Assembly (NCBI GenBank): GCA_013334825.1
Contig: JAAXWR010000001.1
Span: 75,769-139,768 of the forward strand
From: Candidatus Yonathbacteria bacterium
GTDB taxonomy: Bacteria > Patescibacteriota > Minisyncoccia > Phycocordibacterales > JACNGX01
Reading direction: 5' to 3'
DNA length: 64,000 nt
Notes under the pieces: model-generated
What the model was told of the DNA's origin: nothing
Database searches by the model: none
The model's input: the letters and a program-made list of their open reading frames with translations, nothing else
Part shown: positions 40,760 through 51,266 of the stretch, one piece after another
Position numbering within the stretch: the stretch's first letter is position 1
How the letters are laid out: each line of letters opens with the position of its first letter
Translations under genes and position numbers: made by a program

Positions 40760-43498
40760 ATGATGCCACCAATGAACAACTTCACAACCAAGGCAAAAGA
40801 AGCCATTCGTCGTGCGCATGAGCTTGCTATTGAGCGTGGACAAAATCATGTTTCCGCGACACATTTATTGACGGCGCTCATGCTTCAGGAGGAATCAATG
40901 GTGATTGCCGCACTTGATCGTCTTGATGTAGACACACTCCTTCTTACGGATTCACTCCTTGAGGCTATTGAGTCTGATGATGGGTCTAATGTGTTGTCGC
41001 CTTCGTATCAAATCTATTTAACACCAGATCTTGCACAAGTCTTGGAGAATTCTGTCCGCATCGCACAATCTCTCAAAGATGAATTTGTTTCAACAGAACA
41101 TCTCTTTCTTGCTATTCTTGATGTGCCCGGACAAGCACGTGAAATTGTTGCACGATTCCGTATCGATAAACAGCATGTTTTTCGTATTGTGGAAGAACTC
41201 CGCAATGAAAACATCACTGACGCGACTCCTGCAAAAAAACCGCGTGCGCTTGCCAAATATGCACGCAATCTGACTGCGCTTGCCTCCGAAGACAAGCTCG
41301 ACCCAGTGATTGGACGTGATAATGAAATCCGTCGCATTATGGAAATTCTTTCGCGACGCACCAAGAATAATCCTATTTTGATTGGTGAACCCGGCGTGGG
41401 AAAGACAGCTATCGCCGAAGGACTTGCTGTGCGTATTGCCAAAGGTGACGCACCAGATTCACTCAAAGACAAAGAGATTGTATCACTTGATTTAGGGCTT
41501 CTCATTGCGGGAACAAAGTTTCGTGGTGAATTTGAAGAGCGTTTCAAGAATGTCATGAAAGAAGTAGAACGTTCTGAAGGAAAGGTGATTTTGTTTATTG
41601 ACGAGCTTCACACAATTGTTGGTGCCGGTGGTGCCGAAGGGTCGCTTGATGCATCCAATATGTTAAAGCCCGCTCTTGCACGGGGAGAACTTCGCGCGAT
41701 TGGCGCAACGACGCTCAAGGAATATCAAAAGTATATTGAAAAAGATGCGGCGCTCGCGCGCCGCTTCCAACCCGTCTTTATCGACGAACCATCGGTAGAG
41801 GATGCAGTGGCTATCATGCGCGGACTCAAAGAAAAATACGAACTCTATCATGGTGTGCGTATTACAGATGACGCGATTATCTCGTCCGTAACACTGTCTA
41901 GTCGATATATCACGGGACGCTATTTGCCTGACAAGGCCGTTGATCTCATTGACGAAGCAGCATCATCTATGCGCATCTCACTCGAGAGCATGCCTCCTGC
42001 GCTTGAAGAAACACATCGCGCTGTTATGCGATTGGAAGTAGAAAAAGAAGCACTTAAGAAAGAGGCGGGTTCAAGTGCCAATACCGAGGCGGTACGCAAA
42101 GCCAAAGCGCGTGTGCATGCGATTGAAAAAGAGGTTGCAAACCTGAATGAAAAGACACGCGAACTTGAACTCAAATGGAAAAATGAAAAAGAACTGCTCG
42201 ATGATATTCGTAGCCTTAAAAAGAAATTAGAAACTCTTCGTCTCGATGCGGAGCGTGCTGAAATGCGTGCCGATTTAGGAACTGCGGCTGAAATTTTGTA
42301 TGGTAAGATTCCTGTTATTGATCGCGAACTCAAAGGAAAGACAACACGTCTCAAATCAATGCAGAAAAAGCGTCGCATTCTCAAAGAAGAAATTACCGAA
42401 GAGGAAATCGCGGCAGTCGTCGCACGGTGGACGGGCGTGCCGGTGTCGCGCATGCTTGAAGAAGAAGCCATCAAATTGACACGTATGGAAGAAGAACTGG
42501 GCAAACGTGTGATTGGACAAACCGACGCGGTAAAAAAAGTGTCAGATGCAATCAAGCGTTCGCGCGCGGGTGTTTCTGACCCGAACAAGCCAATTGGTTC
42601 ATTCATGTTTTTGGGTCCGACAGGAGTTGGTAAAACAGAACTCACCAAAGCACTTGCGGCATTTATGTTTGATGACGACAAGGCGCTTATTCGCGTGGAC
42701 ATGTCTGAATATATGGAACGACACTCAACAGCAAAGCTTGTGGGTGCTCCTCCGGGTTATGTAGGGTATGAAGAATCGGGGCAATTAACTGAAGCGGTGC
42801 GTCATCGTCCGTATTCCGTGGTACTCTTTGATGAAGTTGAGAAAGCGCATCCGGAAGTCTTTAATATATTGCTCCAAGTGCTTGACGAAGGAATGCTTAC
42901 AGATGCAAAGGGTCGCCGTATTAATTTTCGCAATACGGTCGTTATTCTGACATCGAATATTGGGTCGGAACATATCGACAAGATGCAGACCATTGGATTT
43001 TCAAACGGTGATGACACGACAGCGTATGCGGATGCGAAAGAGCGCGTGACCGCCACCCTTCGTGACCATTTCCGCCCTGAATTTTTGAATCGTCTCGACG
43101 AGATTGTTATCTTTGATATTTTGTCACCAGAGACAATCCGGGGCATCGTGGATGTGCAACTCGATATTGTAGGGAAACGTCTCGTGGAAAAGAATATCAC
43201 GTTTTCAGTGTCTGATAGTGCGCGAGATTATCTTGCCAAAGAGGGGTACGACCCGAAGTATGGCGCGCGTCCACTTAAACGTCTCATTCAAACCGCCATC
43301 TTAAATCCTGTGGCGAGCGCCATCATTGCGCATGGTTCAACTGAAGGAGGAACAGTATCTGTGGATATGAAAAATGGAGAACTTTCTGTGATTGCGGAAG
43401 GGAAGGGGAAGAAAAAAAGAAAGAATCAAGAAGAAAGAATCAAGAAGACCGGGATGAAGGAAAAGAAGGTAGCGGAAACGACACATATTAAACTGTAA
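40760..43498 (+). CDS. clpB: ATP-dependent chaperone ClpB
   Basis: Two AAA modules ([16 protein letters not shown]) and a long coiled-coil M domain. Confidence 0.95.
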   Translation: MMPPMNNFTTKAKEAIRRAHELAIERGQNHVSATHLLTALMLQEESMVIAALDRLDVDTLLLTDSLLEAIESDDGSNVLSPSYQIYLTPDLAQVLENSVRIAQSLKDEFVSTEHLFLAILDVPGQAREIVARFRIDKQHVFRIVEELRNENITDATPAKKPRALAKYARNLTALASEDKLDPVIGRDNEIRRIMEILSRRTKNNPILIGEPGVGKTAIAEGLAVRIAKGDAPDSLKDKEIVSLDLGLLIAGTKFRGEFEERFKNVMKEVERSEGKVILFIDELHTIVGAGGAEGSLDASNMLKPALARGELRAIGATTLKEYQKYIEKDAALARRFQPVFIDEPSVEDAVAIMRGLKEKYELYHGVRITDDAIISSVTLSSRYITGRYLPDKAVDLIDEAASSMRISLESMPPALEETHRAVMRLEVEKEALKKEAGSSANTEAVRKAKARVHAIEKEVANLNEKTRELELKWKNEKELLDDIRSLKKKLETLRLDAERAEMRADLGTAAEILYGKIPVIDRELKGKTTRLKSMQKKRRILKEEITEEEIAAVVARWTGVPVSRMLEEEAIKLTRMEEELGKRVIGQTDAVKKVSDAIKRSRAGVSDPNKPIGSFMFLGPTGVGKTELTKALAAFMFDDDKALIRVDMSEYMERHSTAKLVGAPPGYVGYEESGQLTEAVRHRPYSVVLFDEVEKAHPEVFNILLQVLDEGMLTDAKGRRINFRNTVVILTSNIGSEHIDKMQTIGFSNGDDTTAYADAKERVTATLRDHFRPEFLNRLDEIVIFDILSPETIRGIVDVQLDIVGKRLVEKNITFSVSDSARDYLAKEGYDPKYGARPLKRLIQTAILNPVASAIIAHGSTEGGTVSVDMKNGELSVIAEGKGKKKRKNQEERIKKTGMKEKKVAETTHIKL

Positions 43499-43742
43499 AC
43501 AATATAGTAAACAATACCAAAAACAGCGGGCATACGCCCGCTGTTTTTATTTGTGCGCCGGATTGGAATCTCACTGCTCTCGAACACAACTCTTACTGCT
43601 GCAAGAGTTGTGTTCGATGCGCTCGCGAAACCCACGGTTTCGCGGTCATCCTCCACAGGGGCGTTCTGCCGCCCCCGACCCCCTGCAGATTCGAATCCAA
43701 CCAGGCGCACGAAAAAAATCCCCATGTGGGGATTTTTCCTTG

Positions 43743-43826
43743 TGCGCCGGGTTGGATTCGAACCAACGTAGGCATAAAGCCGACAGATTTACAGTCTGTT
43801 GCGATTGACCACTCCGCCACCGACGC
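43743..43826 (-). tRNA. tRNA-Tyr(GTA)
   Basis: GCGTCGG/CCGGCGC acceptor, ACAGA-CTGTAAA-TCTGT, variable arm, GGTTCGAATCC. Confidence 0.95.
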
Positions 43827-44005
43827 AGTAAAAAGTATTGTAGCATATTTAGGTATAATGGAAAGGCATTGACTTGTTGTTTCTTAATGATATAATAAAA
43901 AAAGAATTCCTGATCCGTTATGGTCAGGTGGCCCCGTGAGGGGCAACGAGGTATGATTTCCTCCCTCATATTTTAAGAAGGAAATAGTAAAAAAAGGAGG
44001 CCGTT

Positions 44006-44344
44006 ATGGCTGACAACACGACCATAGAAAGACAAATCATAGACGGTCCTGGATTGTGGGACCTCGCAATGTCTTTTTTTGAAGGCAAGGAAGTAGTCTT
44101 CAAAATCAAAACAGCAGGCGTGCTGCCCAGAGCTCTTGCCTTTGGGTTTAAGGAGAAAAGTATCATAACTGGCATTCTGCAAGAGGACGGATCGAGAAGA
44201 AGGTTTATCCTTCAGACAATAGATCCTGAACATGGAGGTTCCCATCTTCTCTATTACGATGTGGAACGTAGAACCGGGACTGTCGTCACGGATGACAAGT
44301 ATCTGGGTATCGCCAAGAAGAAAAAGTTCGTCATTCACACATAA
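44006..44344 (+). CDS. Hypothetical protein
   Basis: ORF with AGGAGG upstream and terminator downstream. Confidence 0.65.
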   Translation: MADNTTIERQIIDGPGLWDLAMSFFEGKEVVFKIKTAGVLPRALAFGFKEKSIITGILQEDGSRRRFILQTIDPEHGGSHLLYYDVERRTGTVVTDDKYLGIAKKKKFVIHT

Positions 44345-44495
44345 TATCAAAGAGGTCGCGGAAGCGACCTCTTTTTGTTATACTAATTGATAGTATTACT
44401 AGACGTCGGGCGGCGAAGCCGCCCGACCCTAACAAGCTATAAGCTAATTTCTATAAACTCATTCCCATCTTCTTAATCTCCTAATCTCCTCACGT

Positions 44496-44936
44496 ATGTC
44501 CATCATTCAAGAATTCAAAGAGTTTGCCGTGAAAGGTAATGCCATTGATATGGCGGTCGGTATTGTTATCGGTTCCGCGTTCGGCACAATCGTAAAATCG
44601 CTTGTGGACGATATCATCATGCCTCCGTTTGGGCTTCTCCTTGGTGGTGTTGATTTTAGTAATCTCTTCGTCAATCTTTCTCAAGGGTCGTACGAATCTC
44701 TTTCTCTTGCCAAAGACGCAGGTGCGGCGACCATCAATTATGGTTTGTTTGTTAATGCGCTTATCTCGTTTATTATCATTGCATGGGCGCTCTTTATGAT
44801 TGTCAAAGCGACAAATAAACTAAAAAAAGCGGAACCTGTTGCTGAAGTTGCTCCGATGACAAAAGAATGCCCGTTTTGTAAGATGTCTATACACAAAGAC
44901 GCGACACGTTGTCCGCATTGTACAGCACAACTGTAA
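44496..44936 (+). CDS. mscL: Large-conductance mechanosensitive channel with C-terminal zinc ribbon
   Basis: EFKEFAVKGNAIDMAVGIVIG, YGLF; CPFC...CPHC tail. Confidence 0.95.
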   Translation: MSIIQEFKEFAVKGNAIDMAVGIVIGSAFGTIVKSLVDDIIMPPFGLLLGGVDFSNLFVNLSQGSYESLSLAKDAGAATINYGLFVNALISFIIIAWALFMIVKATNKLKKAEPVAEVAPMTKECPFCKMSIHKDATRCPHCTAQL

Positions 44937-45010
44937 TATGTGAAATATACACAACACGCCACACGTTTCTATGCGAACGTGTGGCGTGTGTTATGGTACA
45001 ATAAAAATAA

Positions 45011-45898
45011 ATGAAACAATCTTCGCATCAGACAAAAAAAGAATTTTGGGTGTATGTACGCAAAGCGATACTGTGGCTCATCATTCTTGTGCTACTCGCG
45101 ACACTTGCTGATATTGCGCGTTTTGCTGCGACTGTCGCTGTTCTTCCTACGATAGGAAAAGCTGGGGTTGGATATGACAATCCGTTTTCACAGACTGTTG
45201 TCAGTGCACGCGAACGCATACTGGTGATCGGTGATAGCACCGCGGTTGGTATTGGGGCGTATATTCCCAAAGAGACAATCGCAGGCATGCTCGCGACGGA
45301 TTTTCCTGATGCTGATATTATAAACAAAGCGATATCTGGTTCACGTATTGCAGATGTCCGTTTTCAACTCGATGCGACAGAAGGAGATTTCGATATGATT
45401 TTCATGCAAGCGGGAGCAAATGATGTGGTATTTATGACAGAGCCAGAAGATGTGGAACGTGAGCTATCTGCCTTGATGGACAGTGCGCTTATTCGTTCGT
45501 CTCGTGTTGTGGTGGTTTCGTCGATTGACGCGAGCATTCTCCCTCTCTTACCTAAAATTGCATCACTCTTTCTTGCTGAAAGATCGGCAAACATATTCCC
45601 TGACATTGAGCGTATTGTAACTGCAAAGGGGGGATTTTTTGTAAATTTATATAAAAGTAAAGAAGAAGAAGCGTTTGCCGAAAACGCGGATACACTATTT
45701 TCTGCGGATGGATTTCATCCAAGTAGCGATGGTTATCGTCTCGCGTATGCACGTATCCGAAATGATCTGATTACCGCGGGTGAGGTTACTGAAGAAGACG
45801 GACGATTGTATTTTGTTCCTCATACGGCTGGGGTATTGGGTGAAGAAGCGCAGGAAAAAGAACAATCTACCGCGGTGGAGACATCGCCTGAGATATGA
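45011..45898 (+). CDS. SGNH/GDSL hydrolase
   Basis: GDST, GAND, DGFHP. Confidence 0.92.
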   Translation: MKQSSHQTKKEFWVYVRKAILWLIILVLLATLADIARFAATVAVLPTIGKAGVGYDNPFSQTVVSARERILVIGDSTAVGIGAYIPKETIAGMLATDFPDADIINKAISGSRIADVRFQLDATEGDFDMIFMQAGANDVVFMTEPEDVERELSALMDSALIRSSRVVVVSSIDASILPLLPKIASLFLAERSANIFPDIERIVTAKGGFFVNLYKSKEEEAFAENADTLFSADGFHPSSDGYRLAYARIRNDLITAGEVTEEDGRLYFVPHTAGVLGEEAQEKEQSTAVETSPEI

Positions 45899-45956
45899 GG
45901 GGACGTATTTTGATGATATCGCGCGGTATATAGTTTTATGATATGCTGTTTTATAC

Positions 45957-46027
45957 GGGAGATTAGTTAAGTGGCATAACGGCGGTCTCCAAAACCGCGG
46001 TCGGGGGTTCGATTCCCTCATCTCCCG
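45957..46027 (+). tRNA. tRNA-Trp(CCA)
   Basis: GGGAGAT/ATCTCCC acceptor, GCGGT-CTCCAAA-ACCGC, GGTTCGATTCC. Confidence 0.93.
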
Positions 46028-46394
46028 CCCTGCACCACGTAGGGTGCAGGGCAGGCCTCGCCATTAACAATGTTTGGCACGAAACGTCATAGGCCTGTCC
46101 TGTGCCATACGTGGTATGCAGGGCGTGCCATGAACCCCACGTGGTTTATGGCCGCCCGAGTTTATGTGTACATTTGTGCGTTTGAAATCTTTTATATAGA
46201 GTTATGTGATAAAGGGATAACCCTGCACCACGTAGGGTGCAGGGCAGGCCTCGCCATTAACAATGTTTGGCACGAAACGTCATAGGCCTGTCCTGTGCCA
46301 TACGTGGTATGCAGGGCGTGCCATGAACCCCACGTGGTTTATGGCCGCCCGAGTTTATGTGTACACTTGTGCGTTTGAAATCTTTTATATAGAG
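46028..46394 (+). repeat. Tandem 193-bp multi-hairpin unit (46028-46220 and 46221-46394)
   Basis: Near-identical copies, each starting CCCTGCACCACGTAGGGTGCAGGG; third copy at 49473-49666. Confidence 0.93.
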
Positions 46395-46403
46395 AGAGGT
46401 TAT

Positions 46404-46667
46404 ATGTACTACACGTACGTTTTACAAAGCAAGAAAGATGATAAGTTATACATCGGATTTTCTTCAGATTTGAAGAAAAGATTATGTGAACATAATGATG
46501 GTTTGGTCGTCTCTACCAAACATCGGAGACCGTTTGAGTTGATTTTTTATGAGGCATTTAAACAAAAAGAGGATGCAATGAGAAGGGAAGTATATTTTAA
46601 AACTAATAAAGGGAAGTCTTCTCTCAAACAAATACTTAGAAACTCTTTCTCAGGACTAAAAGAATAA
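46404..46667 (+). CDS. Small stand-alone GIY-YIG nuclease (87 aa)
   Basis: YTYVLQS..D.KLYIGFSSDLKKRL.EHN.G, RPFELIFYE, A..RE..FK. Confidence 0.92.
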   Translation: MYYTYVLQSKKDDKLYIGFSSDLKKRLCEHNDGLVVSTKHRRPFELIFYEAFKQKEDAMRREVYFKTNKGKSSLKQILRNSFSGLKE

Positions 46668-46804
46668 CAAAAGAAGACCCTCTACACATGCGCAAAACAT
46701 GCTCTAAAAAGCATGTTTTGCGCATGTGTATGTCTTTGCGTCAAGGGTATGACCAATGATATGCTATGAAGAGTTATTGTAAATTCCAAAAACACTTTTG
46801 AACA

Positions 46805-47347
46805 ATGAATTCATTGCAACAAAAAGAAGTGGTGCATTCTCTTCCTGTTTTCTTGGGTTTATACGCAAAAAAAGATCGACGGGGTAAAAATATATACGGT
46901 GTATATCGTTGCGCATGCGGAAAACTATTTTTTGCAAGGAAAAGTCATGTTGAAAAAGAGGCTTCACTGAGTTGCGGTTGTTATCGAAAGAAAAAAGCGA
47001 CCGTACATGGTATGTCCAATACTGCCGAGTATCGTACGTGGACAGATATGCTTCAACGATGCAAAAATCCAAATAATCCTTTTTTTAAGGATTATGGAGA
47101 AAGAGGTATTTTTGTGGATCCACGGTGGCTCGGAGAACATGGTTTCCAACATTTTTTTGAAGATATGGGAGAACGTCCTGGAAAAGGATATAGTCTGGAG
47201 CGCAATGATAATGATGGTCCGTACGCACCATATAATTGTCGATGGGCAACAGCGTGGGAACAAGCGCAGAATAGACGCCCAGTATCTCAAGGGAATGCTT
47301 CGGTGTTGGAGTACTTAAAAGAGCCAACAGTATACAGTCCATTTTAA
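46805..47347 (+). CDS. Phage-type HNH endonuclease-like protein
   Basis: CACG..SCGC..HG..W..M..RC.NP..YG.RGI..SLER.DNDG.Y.P.NCRWAT..EQ..N. Confidence 0.85.
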   Translation: MNSLQQKEVVHSLPVFLGLYAKKDRRGKNIYGVYRCACGKLFFARKSHVEKEASLSCGCYRKKKATVHGMSNTAEYRTWTDMLQRCKNPNNPFFKDYGERGIFVDPRWLGEHGFQHFFEDMGERPGKGYSLERNDNDGPYAPYNCRWATAWEQAQNRRPVSQGNASVLEYLKEPTVYSPF

Positions 47348-47370
47348 AGGAGGGGAGACCCTCCTTTTTG

Positions 47371-48402
47371 TTATGAGAGTTTTTGCGGGGTGTAATTTTC
47401 GGGACAATTGGTAAGGTATCGTTCCAGTTCTTCACGAGAAAGAAGTCCTTCTTGCGCTCCGACATGTTGTACAACAGACATGGAGTTGATAGGTGCGCGA
47501 ACAAGTGCTTCTTCTGGAGTCATGCCTAGGGCAAGGAATGAAGTGAATGTGCTTGCGAATGAGTCTCCCGCCCCAGTACGTTCAAGGGGTTGTTGGGGGT
47601 CGGGGTAAATAGGCATATACCATACACCATTCTCTGTTGCCATATATGCGCCTTTTGGTCCATCGGTAATGAGTGCAATGCGCGGGCCGTGTTCGCGCAT
47701 GGCGACAGCAAGCGTTGGTCCATCGGCACTTGGCAGAGAGAGAATAAGTTGTGCTTCTTCAATATTACAGAAAAACACTTCAGCACGTTCGTAAAATACT
47801 TTGAGACGTTCGTATCCGAGTTTGATTTGGAATGTGCCGGGTTGAAATGCGAGTTTGATATCAGGATGTGCCGACAGATGACTTGCAATCGTGTCATGAT
47901 AGGGGAGAGATTGTTCTCCGAGAGATGAGAGATAAACCCACGTAGGTGTACCAATGTCGGGCAATGTGTAGGGATATTCTTCGTGCTTGATGAGAATGGT
48001 GCGATCGGCTTTATGCCAGAGGACGTAATGATAGTTGCTTTGCAAACCTTTGTGAGTGCGCACGAAACGCGTGTCGATGCGGTTTTTGCGAAGCGTAGCG
48101 AATGTGTCGGTGCCGTATGCATCATCACCTAGGTCGGTAACGAGTGCAGCGGAAAGCCCTAATCGTGTTGCTGATACAGTTGCATTGGGGCTGTTGCCGA
48201 CAGCAGGGAGAACAGTAACGGATTCATAAGGAATTTTCGCACCGTTCTCAAGACAAATTTGCGCGTCGCCGTCGCGGTCATAGAGTACACTTGCATGATT
48301 GATGCGAATAAATGCGTCTGTGACAATATCGCCGATTGCGAGAAAGTCGATATCTGTACGTGATGATGTGGGTATGCCAAACATATGTGTATATGGTATC
48401 AT
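47371..48402 (-). CDS. PfkB-family carbohydrate kinase
   Basis: ITDGPKGA, TGAGDSF. Confidence 0.9.
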   Translation of the reverse strand: MIPYTHMFGIPTSSRTDIDFLAIGDIVTDAFIRINHASVLYDRDGDAQICLENGAKIPYESVTVLPAVGNSPNATVSATRLGLSAALVTDLGDDAYGTDTFATLRKNRIDTRFVRTHKGLQSNYHYVLWHKADRTILIKHEEYPYTLPDIGTPTWVYLSSLGEQSLPYHDTIASHLSAHPDIKLAFQPGTFQIKLGYERLKVFYERAEVFFCNIEEAQLILSLPSADGPTLAVAMREHGPRIALITDGPKGAYMATENGVWYMPIYPDPQQPLERTGAGDSFASTFTSFLALGMTPEEALVRAPINSMSVVQHVGAQEGLLSREELERYLTNCPENYTPQKLS

Positions 48403-48566
48403 ACATACGTTGATGATGCAGTGTGTTGCACAGAATAGTGAATGTATGAGGTATGATAACTGTTAGTTTATTATTTTTTTAATAACATAGGATTCTCCAC
48501 AGATTGAATAGTATCCGCATAAAACAAGAGTACAGTTTTTATAGTTTTTTATTTTTATTTTTTCAT

Positions 48567-49427
48567 ATGATATCTCTTCGTGAAGCTCTGGGTGAAGCAG
48601 TTCGTGACGGTCGCGCAATTGCACATTTTAATATTACGGGTATCGATATGGTACATGCTGTGGTTCGTGCCGCGCGCAAAGTTGGTGACCCAGTCATCAT
48701 CGGTGTCTCTGAAGGGGAACGGGATTTTTTTGGTGTGAGGCAAATTGTTGCTGTTGTTGACAGTCTCCGCAAAGAAACAGGGCACCCTATCTTTTTAAAC
48801 GCTGACCATACATATTCAGTGGAACGTGTCGAAGAGGTGATTGACGCAGGTTTTGATGCAGTCATTTATGATGGTGCGAAGTTGTCGTTCGAGGAAAATG
48901 TTGCTCATATGAAGGCGTCTGTTGCGTACGCACGTGTCTCTGGACGTGATGTGCTCCTTGAAGGGGAACTCGGATATATTGGCGGTTCATCAAAAGTGCT
49001 CGATGCTATTCCCGAAGGAGTAACTCCTGAATCTATGACGACACCAGAGCAAGCTCGCACGTTTGTTGAGGAGACGGGTATTGATTTGTTTTCTCCATCC
49101 GTGGGGAATATCCATGGTATGTTGCGACACGCTCCCAATCCACGTCTTGATATTTCCCGTGTGAAAGAAATCGCCGAAGTATGTGGAAAGCCGTTGGTAC
49201 TTCATGGCGGTTCAGGGACATCAGACGAAGATTTTCGTGCCGCGATAGACGCGGGGATTCGTATTGTTCATGTGAGTACCGAGCTTCGTCGCGCGTATCG
49301 TGAGACACTTGATGAAACGTTTCGTGCCAATCCAGACGAAGTTGCGCCGTATAAATATTTACAGCCTGGGGTGGAAGCAGTGGAAAAGGTGGCGGAAGAG
49401 CGAATGAGACTCTTTGGAAGAAAGTGA
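48567..49427 (+). CDS. fba: Class II fructose-bisphosphate aldolase
   Basis: NADH, EGELG, VGNIHG, LVLHGGSG. Confidence 0.93.
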   Translation: MISLREALGEAVRDGRAIAHFNITGIDMVHAVVRAARKVGDPVIIGVSEGERDFFGVRQIVAVVDSLRKETGHPIFLNADHTYSVERVEEVIDAGFDAVIYDGAKLSFEENVAHMKASVAYARVSGRDVLLEGELGYIGGSSKVLDAIPEGVTPESMTTPEQARTFVEETGIDLFSPSVGNIHGMLRHAPNPRLDISRVKEIAEVCGKPLVLHGGSGTSDEDFRAAIDAGIRIVHVSTELRRAYRETLDETFRANPDEVAPYKYLQPGVEAVEKVAEERMRLFGRK

Positions 49428-49463
49428 GTATAAGTTTCAAGATTGATTTCGAAGTATGAACTG

Positions 49464-49777
49464 GTATGCTTGCCCTGCACCACGTAGGGTGCAGGGCAGG
49501 CCTCGCCATTCACAATGTTTGGCACGAAACGTCGTAGGCCTGTCCTGTGCCATACGTGGCATGCAGGGCGTGCCATGAACCCTACGTGGTTTATGGCCGC
49601 CCGAGTTTACGTGCACACCTGTGTGTCTGAAATCTTTTATAGTAGAATTGTATGATAAAGGGATAACCCTGCAACCCGCGTGGCGTGTTGTGCATCTTAC
49701 GTTGCCTGCTGTGCATCCACGTGGCTTGCTGTGCATCCTACGTGGTGCACAGTGCACAGTGCTAGGGAACATACGAA
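49464..49777 (+). mobile_element. Composite palindromic element: ~194-bp unit inserted in a 16300-type element
   Basis: GTATGCTTG-[CCCTGCA...GGGATAA]-CCCTGCA...GCTAGGGAACATACGAA. Confidence 0.8.
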
Positions 49778-49833
49778 AGCGCGGCGGGCTCAAAGCCCGC
49801 CGCGCTTAATTGCTAAAAACAAAAAACTGGACA

Positions 49834-50208
49834 TTAGTGTCCAGTGTGTGGGATGTTTTTCCATTCAAGCGGTATACCACGATATTTCGCAAGTGCAATG
49901 ACTGCCTGAAGGAACGAGACCTTTTTTCGCATCATGTAGTAGTCAATAATGGTGCCGTGACGTCCACAACCGTAGCATTTCCAACGGAAGGTTTGGTCAC
50001 GTTTTGATTTTTGTGGGAAAAATACTACAAATGAAGGGTGGTGATCCGGTTTTTCGAATACTCGAAGGAGAGGACAGCGTGTCTTTGTCATTCCATATCC
50101 CAGAGGTGTGAATTTCTGGAATTCTGGTAACAGAGAGGCGTATGTCGGAAATTCTTCTTGAGTTAATTCCTTCAACACGTATTCAAAATTTACGATGTTT
50201 CTTTTCAA
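49834..50208 (-). CDS. Stand-alone CHC2 zinc-finger (primase ZBD-like) protein
   Basis: CP..D..PSF...WKCYGCG..G.II......VSF.QAV..LA. Confidence 0.7.
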   Translation of the reverse strand: MKRNIVNFEYVLKELTQEEFPTYASLLPEFQKFTPLGYGMTKTRCPLLRVFEKPDHHPSFVVFFPQKSKRDQTFRWKCYGCGRHGTIIDYYMMRKKVSFLQAVIALAKYRGIPLEWKNIPHTGH

Positions 50209-50503
50209 TAGTATCTCCTAAAAAATATCGCTTTCTCGATCATATAACGCTCCCCGTAGTGTATGCGTAGTGACCATCTTAGGTGAAAAAACCAAAAACC
50301 TACGAGAAAGCGAAAACGGTTTATTGATAGTATCATTGACGGTCGGGAAGTGTTGATATATTTTTATAGCAAAAGTACAAGATTGTCAATCCATTGACCC
50401 ATATGTAAAATCGTGTACAATACGGTGCACGACTCTGAAAGGATATTTCGTCATAGCGGAATGCTTTTTTATCGTTTATTGTTAATTTTGTATCGTTATC
50501 TTT

Positions 50504-51139
50504 ATGACCTTCACTATTGCTGCAACAATCCGTCCTGCGCAACCCTCTGCCGAAGCACTTCGCGCTGAAGGTCGTTTGCCTGCTGTTGTGTATGGACCAA
50601 AGACTGAAAACACGTCTCTTTCTTTTGACGCACGTGAGTTTAAAAAGTTGTGGAAAGATGCCGGAGAAACATCTGTCGTGTCCGTCGTTGTCACGAGTGG
50701 CAAGACATATGATGTTCTCATCCATGAAATTGCTTATCATCCTGTTACCGACGAACCTATGCATGTTGACTTGTATGCGGTAGACAAAACAAAGACTGTT
50801 GAAGTCGATATACCGCTTGAATTCGTCGGCATTGCTCCTGCAGTCAAAGATATGGGTGGTACCCTTGTGAAAGTGCTCCATGACCTCACCGTTGAAGGAC
50901 TTCCTGACAAGCTTCCGCATGAGATTGAAATTGATATTTCGTCACTTGTTGATCTCGATAGCGTCATCACAGTTGCCGATATTGTGCTTCCCGAAGGCGT
51001 GACGGCGACACTTGATGGAGAAGAAATTATTGCGTCGATTGCGACACAACGAGAAGAAGAAGAGACTGCTGGTGCAGTAGACTTCTCCACGATTGAAGTA
51101 GAAAAGAAAGGTAAGAAAGAAGAAGACGCAACTGTCTAA
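50504..51139 (+). CDS. rplY: 50S ribosomal protein L25/CTC
   Basis: LRAEGRLPAVVYG, HPVT..P.HVDLY, LPHEIEIDIS. Confidence 0.95.
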   Translation: MTFTIAATIRPAQPSAEALRAEGRLPAVVYGPKTENTSLSFDAREFKKLWKDAGETSVVSVVVTSGKTYDVLIHEIAYHPVTDEPMHVDLYAVDKTKTVEVDIPLEFVGIAPAVKDMGGTLVKVLHDLTVEGLPDKLPHEIEIDISSLVDLDSVITVADIVLPEGVTATLDGEEIIASIATQREEEETAGAVDFSTIEVEKKGKKEEDATV

Positions 51140-51266
51140 TGCGTATACAATCTTATAAACAGGCGCGCCCCGAAGGGGCGCGCCTGTTTATATATGACGT
51201 GAGTATGTATATCCCTGTGGACACCGCACTTCACCGCGAAGGCATATCGGGGTACAATAGAAGTTC

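Noticed and set aside
41014-43200. Long antisense ORFs within clpB (likewise in murD, murC, recG, rsmI)
   Set aside because: Codon-bias shadows of well-identified genes on the opposite strand.
43905-43950. Riboswitch in the leader of 44006
   Set aside because: Two small hairpins only; no riboswitch consensus that I can recognise.
46070-46403. ORF 46070-46285 and the N-terminal extension of the GIY-YIG ORF from 46263
   Set aside because: Translations of the 193-bp repeat; the nuclease domain begins at ATG 46404.
46805-50208. Prophage (HNH + primase zinc finger)
   Set aside because: Interspersed with housekeeping genes; no structural, terminase or integrase genes.
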